A stretch of DNA of 39,620 nucleotides from a virus (taxonomy: Duplodnaviria; Caudoviricetes). The stretch spans positions 1 to 39,620 of the IMG/VR virus record IMGVR_UViG_3300032212_000698; one strand, written 5' to 3'. Shown here piece by piece: positions 34,373 to 39,620 of the stretch. The notes beneath the pieces are model-generated. The model did not search any database. It saw only the letters and a list, made by a program, of their open reading frames with translations, and was not told the DNA's origin. A program made the position numbers and the translations under genes. Every line of letters begins with the position of its first letter. Positions within the stretch are counted from its first letter, which is position 1.

Positions 34373-35125
34373 ATGGATACTGAAATATCAAAATCTTCAA
34401 GTGAAAATCAATTAATGCTTAGTTCTGTAGTGTTAAGTATATTTAAGCATTATGTTCTTATTTCAACTATTATTGCTATGGTTTTTTCAGTTACATGTAT
34501 GTACTTTGGTGTTGCTTATCTAAGGGAATTTGATATTAATTTTTTTTTATTTGTTGGTTTATCTGACATATATCAGATTCCTCTGTCTAAGGGGGTAATT
34601 CTTCAGTTACTTTTTTTGATTATATCACTCATTTCTACCTTGATTCTTATTATATCTTTTATTGTGTATTTTATACGCTCTAACAAATATATAGGAGTAA
34701 AGCCATATAAAAAAAATTTGGTGGCTGTTCTTATTTGGATAGGTCTTCTAGTGTTTACTATAGGTGGATTTACTCGTGCCTTCAGTATTCCTGGTGTAAA
34801 CGCTGATGAATTAAAAAATGGATTTTCATCAAGGTATAATATTAATATGAAAAATAAAAATTATCAGTGCGTATCAATTATTGGGTCTAGTTCTAATTAT
34901 GTATTTGCTTGGGATTACGTAAAAAATAATTCCATTATAGTGACAAAATCGTTCATTAAGGATTTTAATCAGGTTGTCCCGAGTAATCCGCCGTTAAGTT
35001 TAAAAACTATATATAAGATATCGCTTGTTAAAGCTCAGAATGAATGGTCAAAATTATTAAATAATACCTGTTCTCAGAATGTGAGATGGCCTGGGCGAAA
35101 AATTAACGGAAAGAATAATAAATGA
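34373..35125 (+). CDS. Multi-pass membrane protein with soluble C-terminal domain
   Basis: 3-4 hydrophobic segments; very AT-rich. Confidence 0.75.
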   Translation: MDTEISKSSSENQLMLSSVVLSIFKHYVLISTIIAMVFSVTCMYFGVAYLREFDINFFLFVGLSDIYQIPLSKGVILQLLFLIISLISTLILIISFIVYFIRSNKYIGVKPYKKNLVAVLIWIGLLVFTIGGFTRAFSIPGVNADELKNGFSSRYNINMKNKNYQCVSIIGSSSNYVFAWDYVKNNSIIVTKSFIKDFNQVVPSNPPLSLKTIYKISLVKAQNEWSKLLNNTCSQNVRWPGRKINGKNNK

Positions 35126-35310
35126 ATGATGAAATCACCCTGGAGTATAATGGTAAAACCTACACCACTGAATACTCAATTGACGGTGATTCGTTAATAT
35201 TGTATTTACCGGCTGGCCAGCAAATCATTACTACGCGGGGCGGGCTCAGTATCGAGGCGGCATTAAAACCTCACTTTCTGCACTACCTCAAACAACACGT
35301 TAAAAATTAA
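35122..35310 (+). CDS. Small hypothetical protein
   Basis: 62 aa; ATGA coupling. Confidence 0.65.
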   Translation: MNDEITLEYNGKTYTTEYSIDGDSLILYLPAGQQIITTRGGLSIEAALKPHFLHYLKQHVKN

Positions 35311-35325
35311 CATCGGAAAGTATTC

Positions 35326-36018
35326 ATGTACAAAAATATAATAATCGCATTTTTATTACTGGCTACCTTTTCCACCCAGGCGGCAGTCGGTTTTAGCAAA
35401 GCCAAGAAAAACCTATATAAGCGTGTTTTTGATAATTCAGGCACCACCTTATATTGCGGTTGCAAATGGAAAAATAAAAAGGTCGATCTGGCTAGTTGTG
35501 GCCTGCAAAACTATTACCCTAAAAAATATTTAAAACGATCCAAGCGTACAGAAGCCGAACATATTATTCCGGCCTCCTGGATGTTAAAAGTAAGTAAAAA
35601 GTATCGTCAGTGCGCGAATGACGCCAAATTGTTAAAGAAAAACAAACGGGATTATTGCCGCAAGCACGATGCGGATTATAAAAAAGCCCATAATGACCTG
35701 GTTAACCTGTGGCCTGCGGTAGGGCAGATTAACGCGAATCGATCAAACAAGCCCTATGTGGATCAGGTGGCTACGGTAAAAGAAAGTTATCGAAAGTGTA
35801 AAGCTGTGTCTGGCTCCCGTGGATTTGTGCCACCTGATCATATAAAAGGTGATATTGCCCGTGTTGGGTTCTATATGAGTAAAACGTATGGAGTCGTGTA
35901 TTCAAAGCGGCAGCAGGCTTTATTTGTTAAATGGGATGCACAAGACCCAGTGACCCCTGAAGAGATTAAGCACCATCAGCGGGTGATTAAAGTGCAGGGG
36001 TTTGGTTTAAAGCTATAG
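35326..36018 (+). CDS. Secreted endonuclease I (EndA/Vvn family)
   Basis: Signal peptide (TQA-A); FSKAK, TLYCGC, EAEHIIPAS, DLVNLWPAVGQINANRSN, KGDIAR..FYM, W..QDPV..EE. Confidence 0.92.
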   Translation: MYKNIIIAFLLLATFSTQAAVGFSKAKKNLYKRVFDNSGTTLYCGCKWKNKKVDLASCGLQNYYPKKYLKRSKRTEAEHIIPASWMLKVSKKYRQCANDAKLLKKNKRDYCRKHDADYKKAHNDLVNLWPAVGQINANRSNKPYVDQVATVKESYRKCKAVSGSRGFVPPDHIKGDIARVGFYMSKTYGVVYSKRQQALFVKWDAQDPVTPEEIKHHQRVIKVQGFGLKL

Positions 36019-36027
36019 CTCGACGGA

Positions 36028-36048
36028 GGGCTGATTAGAAATCAGTCC
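36028..36048. terminator. Hairpin between convergent genes
   Basis: GGGCTGATT-AGA-AATCAGTCC. Confidence 0.55.
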
Positions 36049-36064
36049 TTACCCGATTTATATT

Positions 36065-36781
36065 TTACTCTTCCCGTTGCTCAATTATTACAGTAGATTC
36101 TTTGTCAACTGTATATTCTTTGATGTTTTCATTGCTAGGTGGGGTGGGCTCTGGAGGTGTTGGTTCCGGAGTATTTTGTTTGGCGTTTTCTTCAGGTTCT
36201 GGCATTTTTATCTCCTTTGGTATGAATGTTATGGGTTGTACAACATTAACTGAGTATGTTTTCTCTGTTTCATTTATTTTTGAATATAAGTAAGGTGCAG
36301 ATGAAATAATTAAAAAAAACAAAGATAACGCAAGTGAAACATTAGTCCTGTATAAATATGCAGATCTATTTTTATTGTTATGGGAGTTTACTTCTGCGGC
36401 TTCACCCACTCGCATATTAAAATATTCTTCAAATCTTATATCGGCACTTTTTTTTCCTTCTGCATATTTCTCATGCCAGTCTAAAAGTTCGTCATAATGC
36501 TTTTTGAATTTTAATGGTGTAGGTATACGGCTATAGGTATAGCCATGAAATGCTTTAAATATAAAAAATAGGACACCTAATAAAAAAGATGAAGATAAGC
36601 ATGTAAGTGCCACGAATAGTTTGGTATTTATATCGCCGCTATAAGAAAAACTTTGCGCCATAAAAGCAATACCACCACCAACGATAGTTGCGGCAGCAAT
36701 TGGTATGTTCAGTGCTGATGTTAAGTGAGACCGGTGATCCCATTCAAACTGATAAAACTCTTTGTAAATATCAGATTTCAT
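36065..36781 (-). CDS. 3-TM membrane protein (Pycsar-effector/SLATT-like topology) with Pro/Glu tail
   Basis: Helix-TM-TM-loop-helix-TM layout; PEPTPPEPTPP tail. Confidence 0.7.
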   Translation of the reverse strand: MKSDIYKEFYQFEWDHRSHLTSALNIPIAAATIVGGGIAFMAQSFSYSGDINTKLFVALTCLSSSFLLGVLFFIFKAFHGYTYSRIPTPLKFKKHYDELLDWHEKYAEGKKSADIRFEEYFNMRVGEAAEVNSHNNKNRSAYLYRTNVSLALSLFFLIISSAPYLYSKINETEKTYSVNVVQPITFIPKEIKMPEPEENAKQNTPEPTPPEPTPPSNENIKEYTVDKESTVIIEQREE

Positions 36782-36927
36782 CTTTTCTTCTTTTTAAATA
36801 TAACATTTGCCAACATGATCTATTCCTGTCATAGCTCCATATAATCGCGCAATTAAACGACTTTTTCTATACAAATCGCAACATTGCTTATTTATTGAAC
36901 AATAAGCGAAAATCACGGAAAGGCCAT

Positions 36928-36956
36928 AAAAAAGGCTTTGTACCCTGTAAAGCCTT
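36928..36956 (-). terminator. Terminator downstream of the tRNA fragment
   Basis: AAGGCTTT/AAAGCCTT stem with a T-tract on the minus strand. Confidence 0.7.
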
Positions 36957-36963
36957 ATAGATA

Positions 36964-36983
36964 TGGCTCCCCGAACGGGACTT
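36964..36983 (-). other. tRNA 3'-end fragment (Asn-like), putative att scar
   Basis: Minus strand AAGT-CCCGT-TCGGGGA-G-CCA gives the T-loop end, T-stem, acceptor 3' strand, G73 and CCA; no 5' half upstream. Confidence 0.7.
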
Positions 36984-37164
36984 ACTAGGACAATTTCACT
37001 AGTTTTTCCTCTTCCTGAAAAGCTATATAAAACAATAAGGTACGATAAATCATAACTGTTAAAAATAATTTAAGAATAATATAGGAATAATTTAGTGGTA
37101 ATAGGCTAGTATTTGATGTATTGTCTATTTATCTAAACTGCCCTAGTAAAGGAAGGGTGACCAA

Positions 37165-37782
37165 ATGCCATTAATAGAACGTTCTGAAGCTCAGCAATTA
37201 CTGAACTCACATTTAAATGTTATTTCTAACTCAATTTCATCTGGGGTAGATGAGTATTTTTCAATGTATTCTGATGAGGCCAGATCTAGGCATAGACCAA
37301 CTACGCGGGCGAATATTATCCACGACCACATCATTGATCGTGCTAAGAGGGGATTCGACCTTAAAAGTGGTACAAGACACCATGATTCACGCGGTCTTTC
37401 TTTGTTTGTGCTTGATGAGCGGTTTTTGCTCAGATTTAAAAAACTAAATGATGATAAAGTTTCTAGAAATCAAAAAACTAATCAAGTTCAGGCATTTAGG
37501 CAGCAACAAAAAGTTTTAGATGGTATAGAAACACTCTATAATATAGAGGCAGGCTATGTTTTTAATGAGCTTGAGCAAGGAATACAAAGTATATTTTTGG
37601 TGTGTCCAAATGGTAGGGGTATTTACTGGGATATAGATTTAGCTGACACTGAAAAGACTTCCTCAGTAACAGATCTATTTTCTCAAGACAATACAGAAAA
37701 AACTTCAACTATTTTCACACCGAAACGAGACAATAAAATTGTTACATTGAATCGGTCCAAAGAAGATGAGCATAAGAATTAA
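37165..37782 (+). CDS. Putative toxin partner of XRE-IrrE protein (RmrT-like)
   Basis: LRFKKL...SRN..T.Q...F motif; overlaps the downstream HTH-peptidase gene. Confidence 0.6.
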   Translation: MPLIERSEAQQLLNSHLNVISNSISSGVDEYFSMYSDEARSRHRPTTRANIIHDHIIDRAKRGFDLKSGTRHHDSRGLSLFVLDERFLLRFKKLNDDKVSRNQKTNQVQAFRQQQKVLDGIETLYNIEAGYVFNELEQGIQSIFLVCPNGRGIYWDIDLADTEKTSSVTDLFSQDNTEKTSTIFTPKRDNKIVTLNRSKEDEHKN

Positions 37783-38830
37783 TCCAGAAATGGTGTTGCT
37801 AGCCAGAGAGTTTAGAAAGTTTACTCAAAAGAAGCTAGCAACATTACTAAATATTGGGCAAGGAACTCTTTCTAAAATAGAAAATGGATTCGTGACTGAC
37901 ATTGATGATGAAGTACTAGATTCTTTGGAATCAATTTTGAGTTTCCCGCGTGATTTTTTTCTTCAAGTAGAAGATTTAGTGGGTATTGGATCTAGTGCGT
38001 ATTACTATAGAAAAAGAGAAAAACTTACCGCAACTGATCGAAAATGGATTCATAGCGTTCTTAATATTAAGCGATTGCATCTTAAAAAATTGCTTAATAG
38101 CGTAGATATGCAACATCAACGAACGATCCCTAGATTAGAAATATGTGACTACGGAAATCCTAGTTCCGTAGCGCGAGCATTGCGTGGATTTTGGAATCTA
38201 CCTGATGGCCCCATTCGAAATCTTACAAATTTACTTGAAGACTGTGGTGTTCTTGTATTGCCGTGTGATTTTAAAACGGACGCAATGGATGCGACTAGTA
38301 TATGGATGGCTGATATTCCTCCCATGATATTCATAAATAAGGATATTCCTGGTGATAGATGGAGGTTTACTCTTGCTCATGAATTAGGCCATCTGGTAAT
38401 GCATGAGGTACCGGATGAAAATCAAGAAGATCAAGCTGATGAATTTGCAAGTGAGTTTTTAGTGCCTGAAAATGAAATTTCATACCAATTTAATGAAAAG
38501 CTCTCGTTGAAAAAGTTTTCATCATTGAAAACATATTGGAAAGTATCAATTGCAGCATTAATAGTAAAAGCTCGCAAAATGGATAAAATAAATGAATATC
38601 AGTATAAATATTATTTTACGAGCATGAGTAAAATGGGGTATCGAAAAAATGAGCCGAACCCAATTCCTAGAGAAATGCCTTCATCTCTAGAAAAACTGAT
38701 TAATGTATACCGTGAGCAGATGAGTTACACAGATGATGAATTGTGTAAGTTTATCAATATTTCTTGTGATAAAGACTGTAATGAACTTTATGGTTTAAAT
38801 GTCAGGCCTAAACTTGTGGTAGTAAAGTAG
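37766..38830 (+). CDS. XRE HTH + ImmA/IrrE (M78) metallopeptidase (RmrA-like)
   Basis: LAREFRKFTQKKLA..GTLSKIENG; RFTLAHELGHL.MH..E.QAD.FA..FL.P. Confidence 0.92.
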   Translation: MSIRINPEMVLLAREFRKFTQKKLATLLNIGQGTLSKIENGFVTDIDDEVLDSLESILSFPRDFFLQVEDLVGIGSSAYYYRKREKLTATDRKWIHSVLNIKRLHLKKLLNSVDMQHQRTIPRLEICDYGNPSSVARALRGFWNLPDGPIRNLTNLLEDCGVLVLPCDFKTDAMDATSIWMADIPPMIFINKDIPGDRWRFTLAHELGHLVMHEVPDENQEDQADEFASEFLVPENEISYQFNEKLSLKKFSSLKTYWKVSIAALIVKARKMDKINEYQYKYYFTSMSKMGYRKNEPNPIPREMPSSLEKLINVYREQMSYTDDELCKFINISCDKDCNELYGLNVRPKLVVVK

Positions 38831-38891
38831 TAAACTCAAAATGAGTTTATTCTATATATTTGAAATATCTCATGACCGCTTATAATTATTA

Positions 38892-39620
38892 TCATAAATC
38901 TTTTACCATCAGTCCGAAGTCAGATTCATTTTTTACAATTTCACAAAAATCCACTTTGTACCCAGAGTCAATGATTATTTTTTGAACTAGATCTCTATCT
39001 CTTTCTGGTGTGTGTAAACCAAAGCAGACTTGTGTCAAATAGCTTTTATCTATTTTTATTTCTCCTTCTTTTAATGACATGATTCTTATCTCGCCCTCAT
39101 ATTTCCAGTCTTTTCCTTTTGTTGAAAATAGTACTTTAGAAATTTCAATGGCAGTGTCTTCTGCATTTAGGTCAGGTAGGGTACTAGCGTTTTCAATAAA
39201 CCATTCTGTTAGTCTGTTGTTGTTATAGTTCATCTCAATAATTCCAATTATAGTGTTTTGAACGTCAATGAATTCAATTGGAAAATCATACAATAGGCAT
39301 ACTCCTTTGTGCTCATCAGCATAATGAGACCACATAACAGAATTTAGAAGGCTTTCTGAAAAAGAGCATATACCCGTTGTTGTTGCTAAATGCTGAAGGT
39401 TTTCAATGTAGCTTTTTTCACTTAACAAATACTGTAAATAACTTTTGTTTTGATCAGTGGTTTTGTTTATGGCATTTTTTAGGGAGCTAATAATATCTAT
39501 TTGGCAATCAAATGGGTCATTTAGGTTTTTCGCGTTCGCACAAAAAATATAGCCTTTAATTAACGCGTCGAAAAAATTTTTATTGATTGAGCGATACTTA
39601 AATTGAGAATAACTATTCAT
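38892..39620 (-). CDS. DUF2971-family protein
   Basis: FKYR, LNDPFD, ICSFSE..N.VMWSHYAD.HKGVCL, K..DWKYE.EIR. Confidence 0.85.
   Translation of the reverse strand: MNSYSQFKYRSINKNFFDALIKGYIFCANAKNLNDPFDCQIDIISSLKNAINKTTDQNKSYLQYLLSEKSYIENLQHLATTTGICSFSESLLNSVMWSHYADEHKGVCLLYDFPIEFIDVQNTIIGIIEMNYNNNRLTEWFIENASTLPDLNAEDTAIEISKVLFSTKGKDWKYEGEIRIMSLKEGEIKIDKSYLTQVCFGLHTPERDRDLVQKIIIDSGYKVDFCEIVKNESDFGLMVKDL

Larger units (their letters stand above)
1..36983. mobile_element. Temperate lambdoid (siphovirus-type) prophage, int to putative right boundary
   Basis: Canonical order int-xis-recombination-cI/cro-replication-nin-Q-lysis-terminase-head-tail. Right boundary inferred from the tRNA 3' fragment; the left att lies outside the window. 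Confidence 0.92.

Overview
A nearly complete temperate lambdoid siphovirus prophage, AT-rich and probably from a gammaproteobacterial host. Left arm (minus strand): lambda-type Int/Xis, small early genes, an SSB whose acidic tail is out of frame, a Gp157-like protein and a Rad52-like annealase, with two structured non-coding tracts in between. The immunity region has a leaderless, protease-less CI-like repressor, Cro and 17-bp operators. Then come an O-like initiator with iterons, DnaB, nin-like genes, Q and pR', and a six-gene lysis cassette. An unusual beta-rich protein plus putative carbohydrate-deacetylase pair sits just before a lambda-like cos. Morphogenesis genes: Nu1/gpA terminase, lambda portal, ClpP protease with nested scaffold, Mu gpT-type capsid, and a non-contractile tail with a -1 frameshift chaperone. 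A P22 immI-like mnt/arc/ant cassette interrupts the tail operon. After the 1483-aa tail tip is a cargo block (HExxH lipoprotein, membrane proteins, secreted EndA-type DNase). A tRNA-Asn-like 3' fragment (att scar, ~36,964-36,983) follows, and beyond it a RosmerTA-like pair and a DUF2971 gene. All calls are from manual motif recognition; no database searches were run.
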